Source: an uncultured Candidatus Saccharibacteria bacterium
GTDB taxonomy: Bacteria; Patescibacteriota; Minisyncoccia; Phycocordibacterales; XYD1-FULL-46-19
Direction of reading: 5' to 3'
NCBI GenBank assembly: GCA_964355855.1
Contig: CAYHFD010000001.1
Location: 9,921 to 73,920 of the forward strand
DNA: 64,000 nucleotides
The notes beneath the pieces are model-generated. The model worked only from the letters and a program-made list of their open reading frames with translations. It had not been told where the DNA came from and ran no database searches. Positions 10,090 to 19,747 of the stretch are shown here, one piece after another. A program made the translations under genes and the position numbers. The first letter of the stretch is position 1. Every line of letters begins with the position of its first letter.

Positions 10090-10614
10090 TTACCTTAATT
10101 CGTAAGTATTAAATTCAATCGGGCACTCTCCAAGTTCTCTACGGAGACAGTTGATAAATTTACTCTGAGCTTGAGTAAATTTATCAAGACTTTCTGTCCT
10201 ATTCTGCTTGATATGATTTATGAGCATTTCTATCATTATTTTAAGCTCTTCGTAAGCAAAAGATGAAATGAAAAGACTTGAACCTAAATAGGTATCTTGA
10301 AATTGACTGATTAGTCTCTTTTTTTCATCTTCATTTAAATTTTTTTCTAATATAAAAACCCTAATAGCTTTCAATAATTCCCAATATTGTTCTAATTTTT
10401 TATCGTATCGTTTACGTTGCATCTCTAAATAGTGAGTACAAAAATAACCAAAAACGATCGTCGTACCCGCCATTGACGCACTTAAAATATCCATACTTAC
10501 ATCCAATCGATAGAAAATGATAAAAAAGATTAGCTCAAAAGAAATCCAAATCACAAAGGACCATATTAATCCCCTCGTTGTTCTTGGAAAAATTTGGTAG
10601 GCAATAATATTCAT
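10090..10614 (-). CDS. Hypothetical membrane protein (2 TM)
   Basis: AT-rich ORF, 174 aa. Confidence 0.6.
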   Translation of the reverse strand: MNIIAYQIFPRTTRGLIWSFVIWISFELIFFIIFYRLDVSMDILSASMAGTTIVFGYFCTHYLEMQRKRYDKKLEQYWELLKAIRVFILEKNLNEDEKKRLISQFQDTYLGSSLFISSFAYEELKIMIEMLINHIKQNRTESLDKFTQAQSKFINCLRRELGECPIEFNTYELR

Positions 10615-10637
10615 AAATCGTTTCTATTGGTGTTTAA

Positions 10638-11537
10638 TCAGTATGTATGCATAATATTCCAAATATTTTGCACAAGACCTTGTGTTTCGTAATTACCAAC
10701 AGTAAGCCATGTCGGTACTCCTAAAACACATAACCCATTTTCCCCTTTAGATAATGCAATCCCCCCAGAGTTTCCACTGTCAACTTTCGCTGATATAAAA
10801 TAGTTAGAGTCCGGCAAAGAAGGCTCTGCCCCTTCATAGCCACTGATAATACCATTTGTCACTATTTGTGTAATAGCACTTCGTTGCGCGTAGGCGGGGT
10901 AACCAATAATTACTACAGGAGATCCTGTACTTATTGAAGTATCACACTTTTGTAGTGTGGACATGGAATAATTTAATTTAGTTTTATCGGTGTTATTACT
11001 GTCCAGGAGTGGAAGAAGAGCAATATCAGTATAATTATTCCATCTTTTAGATTGAGATGGAAAAACGTAATATATCCCTGGTGGACCACCATTTATATTA
11101 AAAGCTGGAATTTCACAGTATCCAGTTGAATATGTAGATCTTTCTACCACATGCTGGTTGGTCAATACAAAATACTCACTTCCAATCTTCCATAAAGTGC
11201 CTGAACCAAAAGAATCACCGCAATCAACTTGTACTATGCCGTATAAATATGGGGTTAATTCACTTGAAGTAATTGCAACAGAAATTTTCTGTATCTGAAC
11301 TTTCTCTTCTAAAACTTCGGATATCCTTTCCTGTTTCTCTGTCTTTTGTTTGAGTGATTCAATTTCTAACTTTGCTTCGTCTAGCATTTTTTGTGTCTTT
11401 TCCTCTTTTTTAAATCTTTCTATTTGATAATTTTTATATTGTTTATAGCCAAAATAACCGATATTGGCTAAAACAGTAAAGCTAAGAATGATCGAGATAA
11501 ATATTAGTATTTGTCTATATTTTATTTGTTTCTTCAT
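10638..11537 (-). CDS. Membrane-anchored trypsin-like serine protease
   Basis: N-terminal TM and coiled coil; TNQHVV, DIALL, GNSGG catalytic triad. Confidence 0.82.
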   Translation of the reverse strand: MKKQIKYRQILIFISIILSFTVLANIGYFGYKQYKNYQIERFKKEEKTQKMLDEAKLEIESLKQKTEKQERISEVLEEKVQIQKISVAITSSELTPYLYGIVQVDCGDSFGSGTLWKIGSEYFVLTNQHVVERSTYSTGYCEIPAFNINGGPPGIYYVFPSQSKRWNNYTDIALLPLLDSNNTDKTKLNYSMSTLQKCDTSISTGSPVVIIGYPAYAQRSAITQIVTNGIISGYEGAEPSLPDSNYFISAKVDSGNSGGIALSKGENGLCVLGVPTWLTVGNYETQGLVQNIWNIMHTY

Positions 11538-11712
11538 TTTTTTAAAAATAGTCCAAAATTATTATTAGAAGTATAATATATCACAAGAAAAATTAAAGTA
11601 GGAGTAAAAACTATCCTATATTGAATACTTTGCTATTCCTCGACTGTGCTTTGGCCCCTCGAGCTAATTAAATTAGGCCTGGGTTTCCATTGGTTGAACC
11701 TATATATTAAAA

Positions 11713-12825
11713 TTACCTCCCCTTCCAACCAACGGCTTCTTGGATATTTTTATAGCCATTTTGACGTAAAATTTTAGCCAAACCCAAATTAATCTCGCTC
11801 ACCAGCTGGGGGCCCTCAAACACCAGACCAGTAATAAGTTGCACCAGCGAGGCCCCAAAACCAATTTTATGATAAGCATCAGTGGCCGAAAAAATACCAC
11901 CGCAACCAATTATTACATATTTACCTTGCGTTTTTTTATACACTTGGCTAATCGCTCGGTCAGCTAGCTCCGCCACCACTTTACCACTCATCCCACCAGT
12001 CGGTGGCACATTCAGGTCATGCACCCAAACATTATTTCTATCTTTCGTCAAATTGGCCACAATAAAGCCGGCGATGGGATAGCGGGTCGCCACCGCCACC
12101 ACGCCGTCAATAATGGCCGGTGTCATATCGGGACTAATTTTGATAAACACCGGTTTGGTGGTCGGGATGGTAAACAATCGTTTTAGAAGCTCATCAAGCG
12201 CCACTGGGTCCCAAAACAGGCGATCATTGGTTTGGTTGGGACAGCTAATATTGATGGTAAAATAGTCCCCCGTGTCGGCCAAAGTGCTAAAAGACTGAGC
12301 AAAATCCGCAACCGCCGTAGCCACGGTTGAGGTAGAGCTATCATTGGTGAAAGCCAGATTGGTACCAACGGGAATGGTATTTTTTTTGATTCTTTGTTTA
12401 ATCACCTCCACCCCGTCATTTTTAAGACCAAAATTTACTACCAGCCCTTTCGACTGGGGCAAGCGCCACAAATGCCGACCCGGGTTACCCTGGCTCGGCT
12501 TGGCGGTGATCGAGCCCACTTCCGTAAAACCAAAACCAACCGCTGGTAAGAAATTTAAAAGCTGACCATTTTTATCAAACCCACCGGCGAGCCCCACCGG
12601 ATTTTTGAAATATAAATTACCAATTTGTTGTCCAAGGATTGGGTCGGAATAGGAAAACAGCAATCGCCCTAAAAATCGCGTCACGCCAAATTTACCCAGC
12701 CAGTGTCCAATCATCACCGTCTGGTCGTGGACAAATTCCGGGTCAAAACAAAACAAGATGGGCTTGATTAAGTAAACATACCCAAAATGTAAAATCTGAT
12801 TGCGAAGGTAAATTAAGGTGGTCAT
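11713..12825 (-). CDS. pyrD: Quinone-dependent dihydroorotate dehydrogenase
   Basis: NPVGLAGGFDKN, INISCPN, KISPD, GGMSG. Confidence 0.93.
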   Translation of the reverse strand: MTTLIYLRNQILHFGYVYLIKPILFCFDPEFVHDQTVMIGHWLGKFGVTRFLGRLLFSYSDPILGQQIGNLYFKNPVGLAGGFDKNGQLLNFLPAVGFGFTEVGSITAKPSQGNPGRHLWRLPQSKGLVVNFGLKNDGVEVIKQRIKKNTIPVGTNLAFTNDSSTSTVATAVADFAQSFSTLADTGDYFTINISCPNQTNDRLFWDPVALDELLKRLFTIPTTKPVFIKISPDMTPAIIDGVVAVATRYPIAGFIVANLTKDRNNVWVHDLNVPPTGGMSGKVVAELADRAISQVYKKTQGKYVIIGCGGIFSATDAYHKIGFGASLVQLITGLVFEGPQLVSEINLGLAKILRQNGYKNIQEAVGWKGR

Positions 12826-13015
12826 ATTTTTTTTATTTCTGTTTAAGGGTATTAATAGGTCGGACCTTGGATTCTTTAGCAGATAATGCGGCCAAGGGGG
12901 ATAACTTTGACTTTTTATATAAAGGGGATATACTTATTTTGTCTTAGGGTTTTACCATAAACTTTAAGGGTATTACATCCAAGGGTAGCCCTCCGCAAGG
13001 AGGGCTATTTTGTTT

Positions 13016-13588
13016 TTACGACTTATCCTCTTTATGTTTAAGATCTCTACCCCACACATCTTCCTTCATGTTTAATACATCGAAGTATCCATCACCTCCT
13101 GTTTTTAACTCATGCGACACATTGTTTTTAGAAGAAAAAATAAAAACCTTTTTACCACCATTACGCAAATAATTGACTAAGGCCAGAAAATCAGAATCAC
13201 CGGTAAAAAGAATTACTGTATCATATTTTTTACAAAAATGAATAGCGTCTATAGTCATTTCCACGTCCATATTGCCTTTTTCTTGTATTGAATCACCTAG
13301 ATCACTATGTTGAATTATTCTTTTAAGCTCCTTTTTACGTACTGTAAATCCCAACCCTTTCTTAAGATAGGTAAAAAACTTATGCTTTCCATCTTGACTT
13401 TGTTCCCGAGTTCCTTCTTTTGGATAGGCCGTGTAATAAAATATCTGAAGTTCTGAAGCATTAAATTTTAATTTTAAAAAATACTTTAATTTTTCATAGT
13501 CAAACATCCTACCTTTTGCCTTTTGGGCTTCCCATAGGTTAGAGGCATCAATAAATGCAAATACAATTTTTTCAACTTCTTTAGACAT
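13016..13588 (-). CDS. NYN/LabA (DUF88) PIN-like nuclease
   Basis: FIDASN, KGNMDVEM, FTGDSDF. Confidence 0.88.
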   Translation of the reverse strand: MSKEVEKIVFAFIDASNLWEAQKAKGRMFDYEKLKYFLKLKFNASELQIFYYTAYPKEGTREQSQDGKHKFFTYLKKGLGFTVRKKELKRIIQHSDLGDSIQEKGNMDVEMTIDAIHFCKKYDTVILFTGDSDFLALVNYLRNGGKKVFIFSSKNNVSHELKTGGDGYFDVLNMKEDVWGRDLKHKEDKS

Positions 13589-13835
13589 AATATATATTTT
13601 ACATTAATCCTCCCTTTTCTGTTTGGGTAATCCCCAAGGACCGTCCTTGGAAAAATTTTGATGTGGTGTAATTTTGCTTGGCGGGCTACTCGAGTTAAAT
13701 ACCCCTAAGGCAAGGTGCCACAAGGGTATTCTAGCACTAATCAGCCCTCCTTTTCGAGACCTCAGAGTCGGGACTATAATATTGTAAATCCGATACTTAA
13801 AAAGATTCCTCTTGATACGCCACCCCTTATTGCGA

Positions 13836-14618
13836 TTAATTCGTTAATTCATTCCAATACTCAATTAATTCCTGTTCGTTAGTTCTGGATCGATCTTTGG
13901 TTTGGGGCAAGACATCACCTTTATTCCACAGCTGATAACCGACAGAAAATACGAGATTAACAAGTCGAACATAAGCATTAAACCTATCCTTTAAATTGTC
14001 CGCCTTAGTATACCAGGCGAAAGCACCATAGAAATCAACGTCATTTTCCTTCAGATATTTGATAGCTGTTTTCTCCCCTCTCCATAAAATATCTCTGAAG
14101 ACAAAATAGCCAGTGAATACTTCCGAAACACTATAGAGTAGCCGCACTTCAAGCGCGTCGTGATATATTGGATCGCCCGACTCAAAGTAGCGATCATTGG
14201 CGACAAAGTTATAATTGATTTTTTGCCAAAGCAAATCCTTTTCTGATTGCGGTATGACAATCTTTTTATTTAGCTCCGTAATTTTTTCTTTCAACCTACT
14301 TAACTTACCCGATTTATCAAACTGGATTACCGACTTTGTCAGCCAGTTCACAAATATCGCGTCCATGGCATGGCCAGGAAATTCCTTGCTCGTCTCTATT
14401 CGCTTGAGGTCGTCATGATCGAAAAAATAAATATCGGCAAATTTATCATCAATCCAAGTATAAAGAGACACCAATTCATGTTTGTGCTTATTGAGAATTA
14501 TAACGAGGTCTATGTCACTATATGATTTGTTTTTTTCATCCTGAGATCCTGTGAGGAATACTACATCCACATTTTCATGCGATTTAAGCTTTTTAATTAT
14601 ATGGGCTAAGGTTGTCAT
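13836..14618 (-). CDS. Nucleotidyltransferase-domain protein
   Basis: LTGS....SDIDL Pol-beta motif. Confidence 0.75.
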   Translation of the reverse strand: MTTLAHIIKKLKSHENVDVVFLTGSQDEKNKSYSDIDLVIILNKHKHELVSLYTWIDDKFADIYFFDHDDLKRIETSKEFPGHAMDAIFVNWLTKSVIQFDKSGKLSRLKEKITELNKKIVIPQSEKDLLWQKINYNFVANDRYFESGDPIYHDALEVRLLYSVSEVFTGYFVFRDILWRGEKTAIKYLKENDVDFYGAFAWYTKADNLKDRFNAYVRLVNLVFSVGYQLWNKGDVLPQTKDRSRTNEQELIEYWNELTN

Positions 14619-14718
14619 AAATTTAGGTAATTACTTATGTATTACTTTAGCAAAATCCAAGATAGATAAAAGAGTTTCCTTTATGCTTATTTTCATAATT
14701 TTATCACTTTTTTTCTTA

Positions 14719-14874
14719 TCAAAAATAGTCTTTTAGTTCCACGGCATCGTCTTCATCAAGACCTTCTTCATCCATAATTTCTTTAACCTGCTCGGCTTCT
14801 TCCATATCTAAGCCGTGATTTTGAGCGATTTCGGCAATGGCTTTAATTTCATCTGGGTCTTTATCTTCAAGCAT
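14719..14874 (-). CDS. Very acidic small protein (51 aa)
   Basis: Manual translation MLEDKDPDEIKAIAEIAQNHGLDMEEAEQVKEIMDEEGLDEDDAVELKDYF; below ORF-track cutoff. Confidence 0.6.
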   Translation of the reverse strand: MLEDKDPDEIKAIAEIAQNHGLDMEEAEQVKEIMDEEGLDEDDAVELKDYF

Positions 14875-14958
14875 GGTTATATTGTATATAGAACCAATAG
14901 TAAATCAAATTTGTAATAAATAGATCGGACCTATAATAATTCTTAAATGGCGGCTGAC

Positions 14959-15919
14959 CTGCTCCGTAGAAAACACCTAACCCCAGACAATGGTTACATT
15001 GTGGACGAACAATCGAAGCATCATCTCACGACACTGCGACCAATATGACCGGGCTCGCAAGAACAAACCAAGATTGCTTTAATCATTGAGTTCACTGTTT
15101 CCCCTTGCCACCGCTGGCCGTAAAGAACCTTGTTGAAATGAGTGGCCATAATTTTCCGCCACTTGCCACTTGGAAGTTTGTCAGTTCGTCTGCCAATCCT
15201 CGGTGGGATAATTGTCCGAATGTTTTTCTCGCGAGCAAAGACATGTGAATGTTCGCTGTCATAACCAGCATCAGCCGTTAGGATCTTTAGGTGAACATTT
15301 TTTTCGGCTTCTTTCACTGCTTTTTCAAAATGAACAATATCAGGATATGGACCACGGGATGGCACTCCCGCTAGGACGAGATGGGTATGGCAATCAGAGA
15401 CAATACCAACCTTTGGATAGCGAGTATATGTTGTCAATTGGTACTTTTCTTCTCCTTTAGCTCTTCTTTTCACAAAATAAGTACTAATATGGTGCGATTC
15501 GAAGCCGGTGCCATCAATAGCCGAGAGTTGGATATTTTTTTGCATAATTTTTCTCTGAACCGCAAGAGCGAGAATTTCTTTAATGAGTTTGTCTAAGGTA
15601 TCTTTTTTGGTTAGCCGATAGGCGGCTTTTTGGAGGGTGGTGAAGTGTGGAATTTCGTTTAATTCGAGTATTTTCCTTAGATCGCTGGAGTCCTGCAATA
15701 TTTCTTCGATTCCGCGATAATCAGTAGTAAAAAATTCTTTCAGCACTAAGCAGGCGACTAGTTGATGTTGAGTAAACTTCTTGGGACTTTTGAGATGCCG
15801 AAATGGTGGTAATGCTCGCTTGGCGGTGGCGTAGGCAACCACCGCAATAGCGTTAGGTGATTTTGATGTTTTTATTACCCAAAGTATATCATGGGCTGTC
15901 TATGTTTTCTACGGAGCAG
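14959..15919 (-). mobile_element. IS5-family-like insertion sequence
   Basis: 17-bp TIR ctgctccgtagaaaaca / tgttttctacggagcag; 7-bp flanking DR ggctgac (14952-14958, 15920-15926). Confidence 0.88.
14977..15875 (-). pseudogene. DDE transposase pseudogene
   Basis: AIDGTG, ADAGYDS, YGQRWQGETVNSMIK; 1-bp frameshift near 15077; probable start codon reads ATA. Confidence 0.8.
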
Positions 15920-15987
15920 GGCTGACCCAATTTCTGAAATAGTGGCTGATTTCATTATCTACCACATTATCCATTTCTAGAAGCTGA

Positions 15988-16191
15988 TTACATCCCTGAC
16001 CACTCCTTTTCACACTGTGCGCAACGATTATTGCCAGTATGTTCAAAAATATCAGTAAACTTGTTTGGCTGATATATTTTTTCATCTTCATTCCAGAAAA
16101 ATTCGTCATCTATAATTGTTTCTACTAACTTGCGTTCACAACCACAAAATTGACAAGAATGTTTTGGAAAAATTATGATTTCTTCATCCAT
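15988..16191 (-). CDS. Small zinc-ribbon protein
   Basis: CQFC...CAQC. Confidence 0.55.
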   Translation of the reverse strand: MDEEIIIFPKHSCQFCGCERKLVETIIDDEFFWNEDEKIYQPNKFTDIFEHTGNNRCAQCEKEWSGM

Positions 16192-16226
16192 ATTCTGATC
16201 ATTGATCGAATCTAGAAGTAAGTCAA

Positions 16227-16994
16227 CTACTTTAATCGGTAGACGCCATCACCAGCGAATTCAAGATAGCCCTTATCTCTCAAGAATTGTAATTGCTGTC
16301 TGATTTTCGGTTTTATATTTTTGTTTTCAGGATGAATGACGGACAAATCTTGCTCAAAGACATACATGTCTTGCAGGGTAAACTCTTTTTTGTTAAGAAA
16401 ATCTATACAATTCATGATATCCAAAATCCAACCTTTTACATCAGCTTTTTTAACTTGTTTGAGAAATACTGTTTTCTGCCATTTTTCCAATACATCTTTT
16501 TTATATAGTTCTTTCCCGTTCTCAATATAAAAAATTTGTCCTGCTTTTGGTATTTTAGAAAAAAGTATGTTTGAACCGACCCAACCAGCTCGTCTAGCAC
16601 TTTCTGCGAGTGGTTTTCTTTGTTCGATAATTTCGGATACAAAAAAGTGTTTTGGTACAACAAAAAAATTATTTACATCCCACATCTCAACCATATAGCC
16701 CATGAAAAAGAAATTTGGTTTTTGAGGTGAATTAATTCTCTTTATCATCTGAGAATAAGCACCCGCAGAAACCTTTTTGCCCATCTTACCTTTTTTGGAT
16801 TTCAGTTCAAAATCTTCCGCACATTTTTTACAATAAAAATCTGCAACAGGCTTGTTGTTGTCATAATTGTAAATATCATTGCCACAGCTTGGGCAATAAA
16901 TTTCATTAAGAACCCAAGCCTCACTCAACACTCTAGCTTTTTGAGAATAACTTGTGTAATTGTTAGCTAATTTTGTGTCAAAATTTAAGTTCAT
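16227..16994 (-). CDS. DpnI-family (Dam-replacing) methyl-directed restriction endonuclease
   Basis: SQKARVLSEAWV, CPSC, NNKPVADFYC, ELKSK, RRAGWVG, winged-helix KIRQQLQFLRDKG. Confidence 0.9.
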   Translation of the reverse strand: MNLNFDTKLANNYTSYSQKARVLSEAWVLNEIYCPSCGNDIYNYDNNKPVADFYCKKCAEDFELKSKKGKMGKKVSAGAYSQMIKRINSPQKPNFFFMGYMVEMWDVNNFFVVPKHFFVSEIIEQRKPLAESARRAGWVGSNILFSKIPKAGQIFYIENGKELYKKDVLEKWQKTVFLKQVKKADVKGWILDIMNCIDFLNKKEFTLQDMYVFEQDLSVIHPENKNIKPKIRQQLQFLRDKGYLEFAGDGVYRLK

Positions 16995-16997
16995 AAA

Positions 16998-17840
16998 TTA
17001 TGCCCCCAGTTTGTCTGGTTTCTTCAAGCTCTTTTTTTCATCAGATTTTAACTTCCTCTCAATTTTTTTTATGTCTTCTTCCGCCGGTAATTTTTCAGGA
17101 GTAATTCCTCGACTCAAAAGTGTTCTTCGGACACTTCTATTGTTTGTAATATGTTCTTCGGAAATAGATTGTTCACTTCTCAAGTTTTTACTTTTTGAAT
17201 TAAAAATAGTGATCTCTGTTGCAAAATCCTTCGCTTTTAGAATTATTGTTGGTTGAAAATCAGCAAGCGCACGACCACTAGGAACACCGAGCCGATTTTT
17301 CATTTCTTGAGTTGTATACCCAAATAATGCTTTATCTCCCTTACTTCGTATGAGTGCAAAATTTTTATCACTCCCCGTTTGTTGAAAAATAACACCTGAC
17401 AACTCTTTTTCTGTCTCTGTCAATTTTTGCCGAGCGTTTAGTCTTTCAAATTCTTGTATTCGTTTCTCAATAATTTCAAATTTTCTTGTTTGCACCGCAA
17501 AGTAATTTTGAGCAAATGCAATTTCTTCTTTTCTTGGATCGCCATTTTGAGCAATTAGGTAGCAGGCATACCGAGTAAGCATGATATCTGGAACCTCCTT
17601 TTGCGCACCTTTTGGCATTTGGATCGTTTTCCCGACGTCGGCAAAATGATCATTTACACTGTGACCCGTTACCTCACAAGCAGTTTTTGCCTTTGAGATA
17701 ACAGAGATGAAATTATCCCATTTTGTATAACCCAATAACTGTTGTAAATCACGGGCAAGCCAAAATTCAACACCTTCGCTAGATCTATTGGCATAAGATT
17801 CAAAATTACTTATAAGCGATTTAATAATTTCTATTTTCAT
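16998..17840 (-). CDS. dinD: DNA damage-inducible protein D
   Basis: FWLARDLQQLLGY, LTRYACYLIAQNGDPRK, AQNYFAVQTR. Confidence 0.88.
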   Translation of the reverse strand: MKIEIIKSLISNFESYANRSSEGVEFWLARDLQQLLGYTKWDNFISVISKAKTACEVTGHSVNDHFADVGKTIQMPKGAQKEVPDIMLTRYACYLIAQNGDPRKEEIAFAQNYFAVQTRKFEIIEKRIQEFERLNARQKLTETEKELSGVIFQQTGSDKNFALIRSKGDKALFGYTTQEMKNRLGVPSGRALADFQPTIILKAKDFATEITIFNSKSKNLRSEQSISEEHITNNRSVRRTLLSRGITPEKLPAEEDIKKIERKLKSDEKKSLKKPDKLGA

Positions 17841-17939
17841 AAGTCTATTTTAACAATTCATAACTCAAAACACCAAGCGCTTTGGCAATATTGGTAATGG
17901 TCGAAAGTGTAGGTGATACATAGGTCGGACCCATGGAAA

Positions 17940-18085
17940 TGGTGACCCTCACAGCCTGGGAAACCCCCACCCGCCATCGCAAGCTCAGGCGTTGCGGGGC
18001 AGGCACGGTTTTCCGACGAGCTTCGCTCTGCCTTCCTCCACGGGAAAACAGGTGTTTTCCCGACCCCTTTCCCCTGTAGGGTCAC
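17940..18085 (-). ncRNA. tRNA-Glu-linked structured element with acceptor-stem-like ends and terminal CCA
   Basis: 5' arm GTGACCCTACAG pairs with 3' arm CTGTGAGGGTCACCA; core shared with 27492-27684. Confidence 0.6.
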
Positions 18086-18113
18086 AGTTTTTTCACTGTG
18101 TTTTAAAAAACTG

Positions 18114-18185
18114 TGACCCTACAGAGAATCGAACTCTGATTACCGCCTTGAAAAGGCGATGTCCTAACCGTTAGACGATAGGGCC
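18114..18185 (-). tRNA. tRNA-Glu(TTC)
   Basis: GGCCCTA...tcgcc-ttTTCaa-ggcgg...GTTCGATTC...TAGGGTCA; CCA not encoded. Confidence 0.93.
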
Positions 18186-18542
18186 AATATTCTATATTTT
18201 AAAACTATCTATTATATTTACCAATATTTATTAGGAACATCGCCTTTACTATTTAATGTGAAAAGGCTTACCCTATTACCTTGTAAACATCAGCAATTTC
18301 TCGTCTGTCAGCGAGAACCGGATAAAAGGTAAAGTAGTTTACCTTTTATTCCAATAACCGTTTCTTGCCCGCCGAAGCCTTGGCGAAGGTGGGGACGATA
18401 GGGCCCTAAATCCACTTTTGGCGAATCGGGCGAACAGTTTCAAAGGAACTGTTTTAGCCAAAAACCGACCAAAAACGAACACGCCTAATATAACATTTTT
18501 TTGAAAAAAGCCAAGAGTTAGGGTAGGATGTAGTAGTATCTT

Positions 18543-18633
18543 GGAAGGGTACCAAAGCGGTCATAATGGCACCGATTCGAAATCGGTTGAGGGCGTAAGT
18601 CCTACAAGGGTTCGAATCCCTTCCCTTCCGCCA
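18543..18633 (+). tRNA. tRNA-Ser(CGA)
   Basis: accga-ttCGAaa-tcggt, long variable arm, GGTTCGAATCC, GCCA end. Confidence 0.93.
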
Positions 18634-18687
18634 AACAAAATTACAACACACTAAAATTTTTCCAAGGACGGTCCTTGGTAAACTACT

Positions 18688-19092
18688 ATGAACATCTTCG
18701 AAAAAGTAAAATCTCTAAACTTTCCGACCGGCCAATATGTCGTGGTTGGTAGTGGTATACTAGAAGCAAAAGGTATTAGAGAAACTCATGATGTTGATGT
18801 AGTGGTCACTCCCGAGCTATTTGAAAAATGCAAAACAGAAGGTTGGGAACAGGTTCCATGGACTTATGAAAAAATCGACCAGATTTACTTAAAGAAAGGA
18901 GAATTTGAGGTGTACCTAGACGTAAATTGCAGAGATTTTAATCCAACTTTTAGTGAACTTATACAAAGAGCCGAGACTATCGATGATATAACTTTTGCCT
19001 CGTTACAAGATACAATTAATTTTAAAAGGGCTTACAATAAACCCAAGCATTTGGCTGATCTAAAACTTATTGAAAAATACTTACAAAAATAA
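18688..19092 (+). CDS. Hypothetical protein, nucleotidyltransferase-like fold
   Basis: VVGSG.L...GIR...DVDVVV; C-terminal K...DL. Confidence 0.65.
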   Translation: MNIFEKVKSLNFPTGQYVVVGSGILEAKGIRETHDVDVVVTPELFEKCKTEGWEQVPWTYEKIDQIYLKKGEFEVYLDVNCRDFNPTFSELIQRAETIDDITFASLQDTINFKRAYNKPKHLADLKLIEKYLQK

Positions 19093-19169
19093 ATTCTCAT
19101 GGGTCCAACCTATTTATTCTCTTTTTAGATTTTAGACAAATCATTTATTTAATTTTATTATATTAGGAT

Positions 19170-19709
19170 ATGAAAAATTTTAACGAAATTGAAAAGAGAA
19201 AAACCCCAGAGCAAGAAAAACTAGAAGACATAACCGATTATGTTAGAGAAAATAAAATTAGTGGTACAGAATTAAGAATAGCCCATGAAATAGCTTTGGG
19301 TATCTCCCCCGAAGAAAGCGGTCGAACAGAAGAAATTAGACAAGAGGTTAGAGATTTGGGTGATAAAATAGAAGAACATACTAAAAATGGCCTACCTATA
19401 AACCTGGTGGCAGAATTTATGCTGAAGGTAGAAGAATATGATTTGGCAGATCAAAGTTATTTTAATCTGGTTGACGACCTGCCTATTACCGACAAAGAAA
19501 AGAAAATCTTGTACTCGGTCGTGACAGACAAAAGGGTTGGGATTATTACATTTTGGGACCGTCACGCCAATTCAGTGGTCGCTTCTATAGAAATTCCACA
19601 AGAAGCTGAAAGGGAAGAGGTCCTACCAAAAGATATTGCTATGGATCTTATTAAAATAATACAAAGACTAAAGGGTTATAAAAAATTAGAAGTTGAATTT
19701 ATATCTTAG
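19170..19709 (+). CDS. Hypothetical protein
   Basis: 179-aa ORF filling the interval. Confidence 0.6.
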   Translation: MKNFNEIEKRKTPEQEKLEDITDYVRENKISGTELRIAHEIALGISPEESGRTEEIRQEVRDLGDKIEEHTKNGLPINLVAEFMLKVEEYDLADQSYFNLVDDLPITDKEKKILYSVVTDKRVGIITFWDRHANSVVASIEIPQEAEREEVLPKDIAMDLIKIIQRLKGYKKLEVEFIS

Positions 19710-19747
19710 GATAGGAATATCGCTATGTCTATGCTTAAATAGCAATC

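Noticed and set aside
17858-18174. ORFs 17858-18085 and 17992-18174
   Set aside because: They overlap tRNA-Glu and its structured trailer; shadow ORFs of GC-rich hairpins.
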